From Omnitrophica bacterium GWA2_41_15 (GTDB lineage Bacteria > Omnitrophota > Gorgyraeia > Ghiorseimicrobiales > Ghiorseimicrobiaceae): a stretch of 40,007 bases of DNA. Made by a program: the position numbers and the translations under genes. Shown one piece after another: positions 1 through 9,746 of this stretch. The stretch lies in NCBI GenBank assembly GCA_919902105.1, contig CAKKQO010000028.1, positions 49,220 to 89,226 of the forward strand. The letters are read 5' to 3'. How positions within the stretch are numbered: the stretch's first letter is position 1; every line of letters starts with the position of its first letter. Under the pieces are notes generated by a model. The model had not been told where the DNA came from, ran no database searches, and saw only the letters and a program-made list of their open reading frames with translations.

Positions 1-19
1 TCCATTCCCTTGATTAACA

Positions 20-172
20 TAATTAGAATAAATAGGGACACATCCCATTTTAATTAGAATAAATAGGGACACATCCCATTTTAATTTTCTAAAAATATAT
101 CATTTTTTCGATTATTCACCCCACATAATAACTCTCTCTAGAGAAAAGATAAAATGGGATGTGTCCCTATTT
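20..172. repeat. 31-bp tandem direct repeat (20-50, 51-81) plus inverted 22-bp copy (151-172); MITE/REP-like
   Basis: TAATTAGAATAAATAGGGACACATCCCATTT occurs twice in tandem. AAAATGGGATGTGTCCCTATTT at 151-172 is the exact reverse complement of its core and contains the stop codon of the nucleotidyltransferase. Confidence 0.85.
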
Positions 173-1624
173 TTTATTCGATATCTGTCTTGCTAGCTCC
201 AACGCCTCTTTCTTAGTGTTTATTTCACCTGCGGCCTGCTCTTCTTCAATCTGTGTCAATATCTCTCCAAATAAAGGCCCCGGAGTAAGCTTAAGCTTTC
301 TGACTAAATCATCGCCGGTAATCAGCTTAGGCATTTTTTTCGCTTCTTTTCTTCTAAAATACTCCTTAATCAGCCAAAGGCAAGTTTTTTCATGATGCTT
401 TCTCTCTTCTTCGTTAGTTAACGGCCCGCGGGTCGCGCGTTGATCCGCCATAGATAAAAGCAGGATACTTACACCCTCGTTTTGCGTATCACGGTAATAC
501 CTGAATATTGCCCGTTCGGTTATTGTTTCGTTATCGGCTAGATAGCCCGGCCTTAAATGCCATAAAACAACTGTTTTTATAGTTTCTTTCTCTTTTACAG
601 ACAGCTTAAGCCTCTCAGAAATTGAAGAAACAAGTTTCCTCCCTATATGTTCATGGCCGTGAAATTTTGTTTTGCCTTCCTCTAAAGTTAAGGCATCGGG
701 TTTGCCTATATCATGCAAAAAGGCAGCGAGCTTCAGTAACTGCCTGCGGGTATGCGAACATGAGATAACTTCATCCAAATAAAAAGTTATCCTTCTATTA
801 CGCTTTAATTGTATAAATAAATTTTCTATCTGGGCTATCGTCTCAAATGAATGCTCTAATACATCAAGATGATGATACGGCCCCTGCGCGATATTACGCA
901 TTATATTTATCTCAGGCAACACCTTGCTTAATATAGAAACTTCATCCATTGCTTTAAGAAAGTTAGCGGCGGATGAGCTTGAAAGTATTTTAAATAACTC
1001 TTCCCTTATCCGCTCTGAAGAAACCGAAGAAAGCTTTTCTTTGTCTTGCTCGGCAAGTTTTAGGGTATCGGGATCTAGCCTAAACTTAAGCATGCTCGAT
1101 AAGCTAAATAACCGCAGTATCCTTAAGGGGTCATCGCTAAAAGTATCCTTATTAACTACTTTGATAATTTTTTTAAGGATGTCTTCCCTGCCTGAATAAG
1201 GATCAATCAAAACATTATCTATGCCTTCTCTCTTTTTTATCTTACTAATATCTACGGCCATAGCATTAATCGTAAAATCGCGGCGCAATAAATCATCCTC
1301 TATAGACTTTCCGCGGAAATCCGTAAAATCTAAAGTATAATATTTAGCGCCTCTTTTTAAGATTAACCGCGCTGAGCCATGCTCTTTATCCAAAACTACA
1401 AAATCGCTCTTTAATTTCCTGCAAATAACATTAGCAAAATTTATCGCGGCCTTATCGACGGCAAAATCAAAATCAAGGCTCTCTCTATTTAGAAACAAGT
1501 CGCGCAGATACCCGCCCACTAAATAAACTCTGCGCCTGCGTAATTTCGTCAGATTTATAACCTCATCCAAAATAGGGCTTTTCTTAAAATTAAGAAGTGG
1601 GTTCATCCCATTTATCCGTCTCAT
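167..1624 (-). CDS. cca: tRNA nucleotidyltransferase (class II, probably CC-adding) with HD phosphohydrolase domain
   Basis: Motifs VGGYLRD..DFDF, RRDFTINAMA, DDPLRILR and SERIREE; HD domain (HDIGK, GHE, AD). The flexible loop before RRD is very short. Confidence 0.88.
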   Translation of the reverse strand: MRRINGMNPLLNFKKSPILDEVINLTKLRRRRVYLVGGYLRDLFLNRESLDFDFAVDKAAINFANVICRKLKSDFVVLDKEHGSARLILKRGAKYYTLDFTDFRGKSIEDDLLRRDFTINAMAVDISKIKKREGIDNVLIDPYSGREDILKKIIKVVNKDTFSDDPLRILRLFSLSSMLKFRLDPDTLKLAEQDKEKLSSVSSERIREELFKILSSSSAANFLKAMDEVSILSKVLPEINIMRNIAQGPYHHLDVLEHSFETIAQIENLFIQLKRNRRITFYLDEVISCSHTRRQLLKLAAFLHDIGKPDALTLEEGKTKFHGHEHIGRKLVSSISERLKLSVKEKETIKTVVLWHLRPGYLADNETITERAIFRYYRDTQNEGVSILLLSMADQRATRGPLTNEEERKHHEKTCLWLIKEYFRRKEAKKMPKLITGDDLVRKLKLTPGPLFGEILTQIEEEQAAGEINTKKEALELARQISNKK

Positions 1625-2018
1625 TAAAAGGGCTGGTTTTACTTAATACTTCTTCTTCTACAAATATCGGTGATTTTGTCCTTACCGCAAGAGCAATGCT
1701 GTCAGAAGGGCGGGAATCGATAATCTTTACTTTACCGTCTAAGCTGATGATGATTTTTGCATGGAAGGTATTCTCTTCTAATTTATCAATGATTATCCTA
1801 TCAACACGCGCATTCAAATCATCCAGTATTGACTTAAGCAAATCGTGGGTCATCGGCCGAAGCGGATATACTCCAGCAAGCTGCATTTTTATAGCTGAAG
1901 CCTCGTTCATCCCAATAACGATAGGAAGAAGGCGTTCGCCAGACTTTTCCTTAAGGACAATTACCTGATCATGTCTTTTTTCATCAATGATAATCTTGCT
2001 TAATTCCATCTCAACCAT
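1590..2018 (-). CDS. Bifunctional nuclease family protein (DUF151/BFN)
   Basis: Motifs [16 protein letters not shown] and [13 protein letters not shown]. Confidence 0.9.
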   Translation of the reverse strand: MVEMELSKIIIDEKRHDQVIVLKEKSGERLLPIVIGMNEASAIKMQLAGVYPLRPMTHDLLKSILDDLNARVDRIIIDKLEENTFHAKIIISLDGKVKIIDSRPSDSIALAVRTKSPIFVEEEVLSKTSPFNETDKWDEPTS

Positions 2019-2526
2019 GTTTAATGCCTCGTTTTGTCTTAGATCTATTCTTCATTATTTTTGCAAAAGAATCTTCTTTATCTAAAATACTCTTTAATTC
2101 TTTCATGAATTGATTCACATCTTTGAACTGCCGGTAAACCGAGGCAAATCTCACATAAGCAACCTCATCTAATTCAGCTAACCTCTGCATAATCAGCTCA
2201 CCAATAAATACCGAGGGCACCTCTCGATCAAACTTCTTTAATACCGTTCTTTCTATATTAATAACTAAATCTTCTATTTTTTCTATGCTTATCGGCCGTT
2301 TCTCACAGGCTTTTATAATCCCAGCCTGAATTTTTTTCCGGTCAAAAGGCTCACGCCGGCCGTCTTTTTTAACTACCATTAACGGTATCTCTTCTATATA
2401 CTCATAGGTAGTAAAACGCCGTCCGCATTTAATACACTCGCGGCGTCTACGCACAGAAGCTCCTTCTGAGCTTGAGCGTGAATCAACCACCTTATCTTCC
2501 TGATAGCCGCAAAATGGGCATTTCAC
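2011..2526 (-). CDS. nrdR: Transcriptional repressor NrdR
   Basis: MKCPFC..DSR..RRRREC..C..RFTTYE zinc ribbon, ATP cone and AYVRFASVY; GTG start. Confidence 0.97.
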   Translation of the reverse strand: MKCPFCGYQEDKVVDSRSSSEGASVRRRRECIKCGRRFTTYEYIEEIPLMVVKKDGRREPFDRKKIQAGIIKACEKRPISIEKIEDLVINIERTVLKKFDREVPSVFIGELIMQRLAELDEVAYVRFASVYRQFKDVNQFMKELKSILDKEDSFAKIMKNRSKTKRGIKHG

Positions 2527-2571
2527 CCCGCTCTTCCTTTCTCATCATCCCCAACCCAGGAGGGGCGGGGT

Positions 2572-3030
2572 TCATTTTTTCGCTTTTCTTACTTTAATCT
2601 TCGCTTCTTTAAGCATTCTTTTCGCTAATTCGTCGGGATAGCCATCGGTAATTATGACTTCCTTTATCCCGACTCCAATTAACATTTTACTGCAAGTAAC
2701 GCAGGGTTGATTAGTAATATAAATAACCGCGCCTTTTAAATCAATTTGATGAATTATTGCTTGAATTATTACGTTCTGCTCTGCATGTAAGCCACGGCAT
2801 AACTCTTGGCGCTGGCCTGAAGGAATGCCTAATTTTTCACGGATACAGCCAATATCTAAGCAATGTGCTAAACCACTGGGAGCGCCGTTATAGCCTGTAG
2901 CCAAAATCCTTTTATCGCGCACAGCCACGGCCCCCACAGAACGACGCAGGCAGGTTGAACGTTTAGAAACTAAAGTTGCCACTTCCAAAAAATACTCATC
3001 CCAAGACGGACGAGTGTGCCTTTTTTTCAT
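2572..3030 (-). CDS. dCMP deaminase family protein (ComEB-like)
   Basis: [17 protein letters not shown] and PCVTC zinc motifs. Confidence 0.92.
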   Translation of the reverse strand: MKKRHTRPSWDEYFLEVATLVSKRSTCLRRSVGAVAVRDKRILATGYNGAPSGLAHCLDIGCIREKLGIPSGQRQELCRGLHAEQNVIIQAIIHQIDLKGAVIYITNQPCVTCSKMLIGVGIKEVIITDGYPDELAKRMLKEAKIKVRKAKK

Positions 3031-4277
3031 TGTACCACCATCTTATTATATAAAGGAAATTTCTTTGTTAATCCTAAAACTCCCCTTTTAACATCTAGGC
3101 AAACTTTTTCATCGCCCTTTGATATTAATATGCGGTCAATAAACTCAGCGATTTTTTGCATCTGGCTTTCCTTCATTCCGCGCGTAGTAACTGCCGGCGT
3201 TCCCAGCCGTATACCGCTGGTTATGGTTGCCGAGGTCGGGTCATACGGAATAAGATTTTTATTTACCGTAATATTTGCACGGTCTAAAAAATCCGCCGCA
3301 TCTTTTCCAGAAATGCTCTTTGTCCTTAAATCTACCAAAAGCAAATGGGTATCCGTCCCTCCGGAAACGATGCGCAGGTTTTTTTTCTCTAATGCCATCG
3401 CCAGTGCTTTGGCGTTCTTTACCACTTGCTGTTGATATTTCTTAAAACTCGGTCTAAGCGCTTCCTTGAAAGCCACGGCCTTTGCCGCAATTACATGCAT
3501 TAACGGCCCGCCTTGAATTCCCGGGAAAACCTGCATATCAATCTTTTTAGCAAATTCTTTTCTACAAATAATAAAACCGGCTCTGGGGCCCCGCAATGTC
3601 TTATGCGTAGTAGAGCTGACGAATTCTGCATAAGGTACAGGTGAAGGATGCAGGCCTGCCGCAACCAAACCGGCAATATGCGCCATATCTACAAATAAAT
3701 AGGCGCCCACTTTATCACAAATTTCTCGGAATTTCTTAAAATCAATGGTGCGCGCATAGGCGGAGGCGCCGGCCAAAATCATTTTTGGCTTATTCCCTTG
3801 AGCTAATTTTAAAATTTCATCATAATCTAAGGTTTCAGTCTTAGGGTTTACTCCATAACAGGCTGCTTTATAGAGGCGGCCGGAAAAATTATGCCTATGC
3901 CCATGCGTCAAATGCCCCCCACTTGCTAAATCCATCGCCAAAATCGTATCGCCGACTTCAAGCGCGGCAAAATAAACCGCCATATTCGCTTGCGTTCCTG
4001 AGTGCGGTTGGACATTAATATGGTCTCCGCCGAATATTTTCTTTGCCCGCTCAATTGCCAAAGCCTCAACCTCATCTACAAAGCTACAGCCGCCGTACCA
4101 ACGCCGGGCTGGGTATCCCTCGGCGTATTTATTGGTTAAGCATGAGCCTTGCGCCTCGAGCACTGCGCTTGAGGTAAAATTCTCCGAAGCAATTAGCTCT
4201 AAATTCTCTTCCTCTCTCTTACATTCTTTTTTGATAATCTGGTAAACTTCCGGATCCGCTTTCTTTAAATAACTCAT
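3027..4277 (-). CDS. glyA: Serine hydroxymethyltransferase
   Basis: [21 protein letters not shown] and [11 protein letters not shown] (PLP lysine). Confidence 0.98.
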   Translation of the reverse strand: MSYLKKADPEVYQIIKKECKREEENLELIASENFTSSAVLEAQGSCLTNKYAEGYPARRWYGGCSFVDEVEALAIERAKKIFGGDHINVQPHSGTQANMAVYFAALEVGDTILAMDLASGGHLTHGHRHNFSGRLYKAACYGVNPKTETLDYDEILKLAQGNKPKMILAGASAYARTIDFKKFREICDKVGAYLFVDMAHIAGLVAAGLHPSPVPYAEFVSSTTHKTLRGPRAGFIICRKEFAKKIDMQVFPGIQGGPLMHVIAAKAVAFKEALRPSFKKYQQQVVKNAKALAMALEKKNLRIVSGGTDTHLLLVDLRTKSISGKDAADFLDRANITVNKNLIPYDPTSATITSGIRLGTPAVTTRGMKESQMQKIAEFIDRILISKGDEKVCLDVKRGVLGLTKKFPLYNKMVVQ

Positions 4278-4279
4278 GC

Positions 4280-4795
4280 TTAATTACTCCCTTTAGAAAA
4301 TTTCTCTATTTGTTTTAACCTTCTTAAATGCCTTCCGCCCTCAAACTCAGTATTCAACCAGACATCTAAAATTTTCTCTGCATCTTTTTCTTTAATGTAA
4401 TCTGCGCCCAGAATCAAAATATTAGAATTATTATGCCGGCGGCAGGTCCGCGCGGCTTGCACGTTATAACAAAGGGCCGCCCGAATGTCTTTAAACCTAT
4501 TCGCCAAAATAGAAAAGCCTATGCCTGAACGGCAGAGAAGTATGCCGCGGTTTACTTTTTTGCTTAATATCGCCTTAACTAATTTTATGCCGAATTTTGG
4601 ATAATCGCAAGATTTATTGCTATAGGCGCCAAAATCTAAAACGTGATAATTATTGGCCTGCAAAATATTCCTCAACTTTTCCTTTAATTCAAAGCCGCCG
4701 TGGTCAGAGGCTAAGCCGATTGCTACTTGCCTGACGGCAGTCAGGAAATCTTTTGTGCCACTTTTTTTACTAATCCCTTTATTTGTTGAAAGCAT
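4280..4795 (-). CDS. rpiB: Ribose-5-phosphate isomerase B (start uncertain)
   Basis: SDHGG, DYP, CRSGIG, HNNSN and FEGGRH..R. The homologous region begins at ~4727; the only in-frame ATG lies 55 nt inside the upstream gene. Confidence 0.88.
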   Translation of the reverse strand: MLSTNKGISKKSGTKDFLTAVRQVAIGLASDHGGFELKEKLRNILQANNYHVLDFGAYSNKSCDYPKFGIKLVKAILSKKVNRGILLCRSGIGFSILANRFKDIRAALCYNVQAARTCRRHNNSNILILGADYIKEKDAEKILDVWLNTEFEGGRHLRRLKQIEKFSKGSN

Positions 4796-5796
4796 TCTTT
4801 GTACTCCTCTTCTGATTTTCCGATTGGGTCCTGCATATCCGTCATTAAGTTATCGGCAAACTCCCTTAAAACGTAAACTCTTTCTTTTGCCTCGTGATAA
4901 AGCCGTAACACTTCCTCCTTATGTAATTTTTCCATAGTCAAAATTAAATCCGCCCTCCTTACCAACTGCCTGCTTAACCTCACTGCCTGATGTTTCTTTA
5001 TCTCAATGCCCTCTGCGCGTATTAAATTCAGGGTAAAAGGCGTAGCCGACATCCCCTCTATGGCGCTTACGCCGCAAGAGGAAACGAAAATATTATTTTT
5101 ATTTAACAAGCCCAATTCCTTCTCAAGCAGGTATTTTGCCATTACTGAGCGGCAGGAGTTTCCCGTACAGACAAAAAGAACTTCTTTGGATTTTGAAATT
5201 GCCTCCAAAACCTCCCTGTTTATCGCTCCTTGACGCAGAATATCAATAGGTATACTCGATACATCCGCAACTGTTGACGCGATGCCAAGCTCAACCGGCC
5301 CGCCATCAACCACGAGCTCAATCTTGCCATCAAGCTCTTTTAATACATCCTCCGCATTTTTAGGCGGGGGGTTTCCCGAAATATTTGCTGAAGGCGCCAC
5401 CACCGCAACTTTTGCCTCTAATATAAGGCTTAAGGCTAAGCGATTATTCGGCATCCTAAGGCCGACCTTCTGGCCGTCTTTTCCTTTTAAGACTAAAGTC
5501 AATGGGCCGGGTAAAAACCTGTCAACTATCCGCCAAACAAAAGGCGCGATATCTGCGGCAAAATTTTCTATCTCTTCTTTCCTGGCTATATGTATAGAAA
5601 ACGGCCTATCTTTTGGCCTTTTTTTTACTTCATAAAGGCGCGCCACTGCCTTTTCATCCTGCATATTTGCCCCTAATCCATAGACTGTCTCCGTGGGAAA
5701 TGCCACCAGGCCTCCGCTTGCCAAAACCAACGCCGCATCCTTAATCTTATCCGAATCAGGATTTATTGGGTCGATTTTTATAATTTGTGTTTTCAT
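4741..5796 (-). CDS. Threonylcarbamoyl-AMP synthase (Sua5/TsaC) fused to low-molecular-weight protein phosphatase (YwlE-like)
   Basis: N-terminal AFPTETVYGL, KKRP and APSANISG; C-terminal FVCTGNSCRS P-loop and DPIG. Confidence 0.9.
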   Translation of the reverse strand: MKTQIIKIDPINPDSDKIKDAALVLASGGLVAFPTETVYGLGANMQDEKAVARLYEVKKRPKDRPFSIHIARKEEIENFAADIAPFVWRIVDRFLPGPLTLVLKGKDGQKVGLRMPNNRLALSLILEAKVAVVAPSANISGNPPPKNAEDVLKELDGKIELVVDGGPVELGIASTVADVSSIPIDILRQGAINREVLEAISKSKEVLFVCTGNSCRSVMAKYLLEKELGLLNKNNIFVSSCGVSAIEGMSATPFTLNLIRAEGIEIKKHQAVRLSRQLVRRADLILTMEKLHKEEVLRLYHEAKERVYVLREFADNLMTDMQDPIGKSEEEYKECFQQIKGLVKKVAQKIS

Positions 5797-5811
5797 AATC
5801 TAATAAAAGTT

Positions 5812-6318
5812 TTATAAAAATAGTCTTATGTTTTTAGTCTCAAGGCGAATATTCTTCGCTTGTTTCGCTAATTTCTTCTTAAAAACCACCAACTTATCGG
5901 CGATTTTTTTATCTGCTAGCGCTAAAATCTGCACGGCTAAAATACCGGCATTTCTTGCGCCGGATTTACCTATTGCTAAAGTGGCTACCGGAACATTCTT
6001 GGGCATTTGCACCGTAGATAAAAGTGAATCTAGGCCTTTTAAGCTTTTTGTCTCAATAGGAACACCGATTACCGGCAAACTGGTATGTGCGGCAATTACT
6101 CCGGCTAAATGCGCCGCCCCTCCTGCTCCGGCAATAATTATTTTTATCCCTTTTGCCTTTGCGCTTAAGGCAAATTCCACTGTCGCTTTCGGGCTTCTGT
6201 GCGCTGACATCACCTTTACTTCGCTTTTAATGCCGAACTCATCCAAGGCGATCTTTGCCTCTTTCATCGTCTCCAAATCCGACTCACTACCCATAACAAT
6301 TGCCACATCTATTCCCAT
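5812..6318 (-). CDS. purE: N5-CAIR mutase / AIR carboxylase PurE
   Basis: [21 protein letters not shown] and VQMP. Confidence 0.97.
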   Translation of the reverse strand: MGIDVAIVMGSESDLETMKEAKIALDEFGIKSEVKVMSAHRSPKATVEFALSAKAKGIKIIIAGAGGAAHLAGVIAAHTSLPVIGVPIETKSLKGLDSLLSTVQMPKNVPVATLAIGKSGARNAGILAVQILALADKKIADKLVVFKKKLAKQAKNIRLETKNIRLFL

Positions 6319-6332
6319 GAAACTCCCTCCCC

Positions 6333-7634
6333 TTAAAGCGCTTTACGACCGATATCTTTCCTATAATGCATCCCTTTAAAATCAATCTTATCTACGGCTT
6401 GATATGTCTTCTCTATCGCCTCTTTAATAGTATTGCCTAAACCTGTAACCCCTAAAACTCTTCCTCCATTAGTTACAAAACGAGGGACGAGGGACGAGGG
6501 ACGAGGGACGCTTTTGGTGCCGGAATGAAAAACCATAACATCTTTCATTTTTTCCGCCTCATCTAAACCAAAAATCTCTTTTCCTTTTTCATATTCTCCG
6601 GGATAGCCGCCTGAGGCGCAGACCACACAAACGCAGGCGCGATTGTCCCACTTTAATCCGCCAAATTTTTTAAACTTAGTTAATTTACCATCAGCCGTGG
6701 CCAACATCACTTCTACCAAGTCGGAATTTAGGCGCGGCAGTATTGCCTGTGTTTCCGGATCGCCAAAACGCACATTAAACTCTAAAACTTTCGGGCCGGA
6801 TTTTGTCAGCATAATTCCGGCATATAATACGCCCCTATAATCTATTCCCTCTTTGGCTAAGCCGTCAATAATACGATAAATAACCTTATCTAAAATCTCG
6901 CTAAATAAACCTTCTGTTACCGCCGGAGCCGGCGAATAAGCCCCCATCCCCCCGGTGTTCGGACCTTGGTCATGATCAAAAACTCTTTTGTGGTCCTGGG
7001 CTGAGACAAGAGGGATAGTTTCTTTTGAATCAGTAAGTACTAATATCGATGCCTCTTGCCCTTCTAAACATTCTTCGACTATTACTCTGGTTCCGGCATC
7101 ACCGAAAATTTTTTCCTGCATCATCAAAGTTACCGTCTGCTTCGCTTCATCTACTGATTTTGTAACTACTACGCCTTTTCCAGCGGCTAAACCATCCGCC
7201 TTGACTACACAAGGAGCGCCTATCTTTTCAATGTATTTTTTCGCGGCATCTCCGCCTCCGGCGGAAAATATTTTAAAATCTGCGGTCGGCACTTTGTATT
7301 TTGCCATTAACTCTTTAGCAAATACCTTGCTTGACTCTAATTGTGCCGCCTTTTTATTCGGGCCGAATATTTTTAACTTATACTTGTTAAACTCGTCAAC
7401 TATGCCTAAAGACAACGCTACTTCAGGCCCCACTACAGTTAAATCTATTTTTTCCCGGCGCGTAAAATCTATCAGTGCCGGGATATCTTCGGCTTTTATA
7501 TCAATGCACTCTGCCAAATCCGCAATCCCGCCGTTTCCTGGGGCGCAAAAAATCTTATCTGCCAATTTTGACTGGGCAATCTTCCAGACCAGCGCATGTT
7601 CCCTGCCGCCTGAGCCGATAACTAATACTCTCAT
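6333..7634 (-). CDS. purD: Phosphoribosylamine-glycine ligase
   Basis: [35 protein letters not shown] and [10 protein letters not shown]; ATG at 7634. Confidence 0.97.
   Translation of the reverse strand: MRVLVIGSGGREHALVWKIAQSKLADKIFCAPGNGGIADLAECIDIKAEDIPALIDFTRREKIDLTVVGPEVALSLGIVDEFNKYKLKIFGPNKKAAQLESSKVFAKELMAKYKVPTADFKIFSAGGGDAAKKYIEKIGAPCVVKADGLAAGKGVVVTKSVDEAKQTVTLMMQEKIFGDAGTRVIVEECLEGQEASILVLTDSKETIPLVSAQDHKRVFDHDQGPNTGGMGAYSPAPAVTEGLFSEILDKVIYRIIDGLAKEGIDYRGVLYAGIMLTKSGPKVLEFNVRFGDPETQAILPRLNSDLVEVMLATADGKLTKFKKFGGLKWDNRACVCVVCASGGYPGEYEKGKEIFGLDEAEKMKDVMVFHSGTKSVPRPSSLVPRFVTNGGRVLGVTGLGNTIKEAIEKTYQAVDKIDFKGMHYRKDIGRKAL
6480..6510. repeat. Heptamer tandem repeat (ACGAGGG)x4.4 inside purD
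   Basis: Read directly; translated as [11 protein letters not shown]. Confidence 0.92.
7251..7265. repeat. Short GC palindrome TCCGCC-TCC-GGCGGA inside purD
   Basis: Perfect 6-bp stem; translated as SAGGG. Confidence 0.7.
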
Positions 7635-7638
7635 AGCC

Positions 7639-7745
7639 AAAATTTTTTAATAGAAAAATTTGCCCGCAGGGTCGACCAAGAAAATCTATGCAAGATTTTC
7701 TTGTGCCTATCGAGGCAATCCCAAATTTATGTAAAATTTGGGATG
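7639..7745. repeat. Cluster of three AT-rich inverted repeats between SPFH and purD
   Basis: AAATTTTT/AAAAATTT, CAAGAAAATCT-atgca-AGATTTTCTTG and ATCCCAAATTT-atgta-AAATTTGGGAT. Confidence 0.75.
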
Positions 7746-7763
7746 ACTTTGTTATTTCTTCTC

Positions 7764-8618
7764 TTATCTCTTAAGCGGCAATATGCCGGCCATTTCGCCG
7801 ATAACATTGACCAATTCGGCATTTGCGGGAACCACGATTTTCGCATTATTTGCCAAGGATTTTTCCACTGCTTCAAGCTTCCTTAAAACCTGGGCATTAC
7901 CCACAAAATAATGCTCCGCTGCTTCATTTACCAGCTTAATCGCCGCTGCCTCGCCTTCTGCCTCTAAAATCCGCGCCTGCTTTATACCTTCGGCTTTTTT
8001 AATCTCAGCCCTTTTCTGTCCGTCAGCAACAGTCTCAGTAGCGGTAGCAAAATCAACCGCCGCGATTTTTTCATTCTCTGCCTTAACTACTTTATTCATT
8101 GTCTCCTGCACGTCTTTGGGCGGATCAATCTCTTTAAGTTCCGTCCTTACAATCTCTAAACCCCAGCTGCCTGTTTCATTACAAAGAGTCTTATGCAGTT
8201 CGGCATTAATCTTGCCTCTTTCGCTGTTGGCGGATTTTAAGGTAAGTGTGCCGATTATATTTCTTAAAGTCGTGCGCGCTAAATTTACAATCTGCCACTG
8301 GTAATTATTCACATTATACTGCGTGCTCTTTACACTGGCTTCATCGGCTTTTACTTTAAAATAAACCTGGGCATCAACTTTGGCATTTAAGTTATCATTA
8401 GTAATAATCTCCTGCGGCTCCGCATCCACCATTTGCTCGGTTATATTAATCTGGTAGATATTTTCAATTACAGGAAATACCCAGTTAAATCCCGGATTAG
8501 CAAAACGATTATACTTACCAAATCTTTCAATCAGGCCCCTGTGAGTAGGTCTGACAATTCTAATGCCCGCAAGAAATAGAAAAACAGCGGCAATAATAAT
8601 CAACCTTAATATACCCAT
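7764..8618 (-). CDS. SPFH/band-7 (stomatin/QmcA-like) membrane protein
   Basis: N-terminal TM, ERFGKY..PG, QEIITNDN and an AE-rich coiled coil. Confidence 0.92.
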   Translation of the reverse strand: MGILRLIIIAAVFLFLAGIRIVRPTHRGLIERFGKYNRFANPGFNWVFPVIENIYQINITEQMVDAEPQEIITNDNLNAKVDAQVYFKVKADEASVKSTQYNVNNYQWQIVNLARTTLRNIIGTLTLKSANSERGKINAELHKTLCNETGSWGLEIVRTELKEIDPPKDVQETMNKVVKAENEKIAAVDFATATETVADGQKRAEIKKAEGIKQARILEAEGEAAAIKLVNEAAEHYFVGNAQVLRKLEAVEKSLANNAKIVVPANAELVNVIGEMAGILPLKR

Positions 8619-8655
8619 TTTAACTCCTCTCGATGAGCCCCGCCGCTGGCGGGGC

Positions 8656-8718
8656 GAATTGACTCCGAAAGCTGCAAAAAAATTTAGTATAAATTTTTGA
8701 AGCGATTTGCTTTTGGAG
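8656..8718. repeat. ~63-bp long-hairpin repeat, copy 1
   Basis: GAATTGA-CTCCGAAAGC-TGC..AAAAATTT-loop-AAATTTTT-GAAGCG..GCTTTTGGAG; a second copy lies at 22516-22580. Confidence 0.8.
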
Positions 8719-8729
8719 CAAATAATTAT

Positions 8730-9746
8730 CTAAAGCACCCCTACCTCTTTTTTCCCTTTCACAACTTCTCCAATAACCCAAGATTTAAGATTGAAACTAG
8801 CCAATTTTGAAATTACAGATTCTTTGGATTGTTGTCCAACGATTAAAACTAAACCTACGCCCATATTTAAGGTATGAAACATCTCCTTATCAGAAATCCC
8901 GCCTTTATTTTGGATAAGTTTAAAAATTTTAGGCACAACCCAAGAATCTTTACGAATCCTTAGATTGATATTCTCCGGCAGGATACGCGCGATTTTATCG
9001 TAGAATGCGCCGCCGGTGATGTGAGCGATTCCTTTTATCGTGGTTCGTGGTTCGTAGTTCGTAGTTCGTAATAAAGATAAAACTGGTTTGACATAGATAC
9101 GGGTAGGCTTAAGCAGTTCTTTGCTCATCCGCTTTAACTCGGCTTGCGAAAAAAGCTTTCTGACTAAAGAATAACCGTTAGAGTGCAGCCCGCTGGACTC
9201 TATTCCAATCACAACATCCCCGGTTTCTATCTTTGAGCCGTCAATCACTTTCTCCCGCTCAACCACACCTACACAAAAACCCGCTAAATCATATTCGCCT
9301 CCCTTGTACGTCCCAGGCATCTGGGCGGTCTCACCGCCGACTAAAGAACACCCTGCCTCAAGACATCCTTGATTTAATCCTTTCACTACATCGATTAAAA
9401 CCTTTGAATCCACTTTGCTATAGGCGATATAGTCTAAAAAGAATAACGGCTCTGCGCCCGTGCAAAGGATATCATTTACATTCATTGCCACGGCATCAAT
9501 GCCAATGGTATCGTGCTTATTGGCTAAAGAAGCAATTTTTAGTTTTGTACCTACCCCATCCGAGGATGAAACTAAAATCGGTTCTTTGTATTTATCTTTA
9601 TCAAACTTGAAGAAACTCCCGAATCCGCCGATATCTTTTAGGACTTCCGGCCGAAAAGACCTTCTCACCAGCGATTTTATCTTATTCTTAAAAATACCCG
9701 CCTTTTTGATATCCACACCCGATTTTTTATAAGTTATATTTTTCAT
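8730..9746 (-). CDS. purM: Phosphoribosylformylglycinamidine cyclo-ligase
   Basis: TYKKSGVDI, DGVGTKL, GGETAQMPG, SGLHSNGYSL and AHITGG; the ATG at 9746 overlaps the purF TGA. Confidence 0.97.
   Translation of the reverse strand: MKNITYKKSGVDIKKAGIFKNKIKSLVRRSFRPEVLKDIGGFGSFFKFDKDKYKEPILVSSSDGVGTKLKIASLANKHDTIGIDAVAMNVNDILCTGAEPLFFLDYIAYSKVDSKVLIDVVKGLNQGCLEAGCSLVGGETAQMPGTYKGGEYDLAGFCVGVVEREKVIDGSKIETGDVVIGIESSGLHSNGYSLVRKLFSQAELKRMSKELLKPTRIYVKPVLSLLRTTNYEPRTTIKGIAHITGGAFYDKIARILPENINLRIRKDSWVVPKIFKLIQNKGGISDKEMFHTLNMGVGLVLIVGQQSKESVISKLASFNLKSWVIGEVVKGKKEVGVL
9038..9072. repeat. Heptamer tandem repeat (TCGTRGT)x5 inside purM
   Basis: Read directly; translated as LRTTNYEPRTT. Confidence 0.9.

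Noticed and set aside
20-86. 31-bp repeats as a CRISPR array
   Set aside because: The copies are directly adjacent with no spacers, and no cas genes are present.
4724-4745. Selenocysteine read-through of the TGA plus hairpin at the end of the Sua5-phosphatase gene
   Set aside because: An in-frame TAG follows five codons later, the TGA is inside the stem, and the position is not catalytic.
4741-5190. Arsenate reductase ArsC call from CTGNSCRS
   Set aside because: The distal redox Cys pair is missing, and the DPIG motif and sua5-rpiB-glyA context fit a YwlE-like phosphatase.
5812-5860. KNIRL duplication at the PurE C-terminus
   Set aside because: The codons differ at DNA level and no repeat unit is evident; probably incidental.
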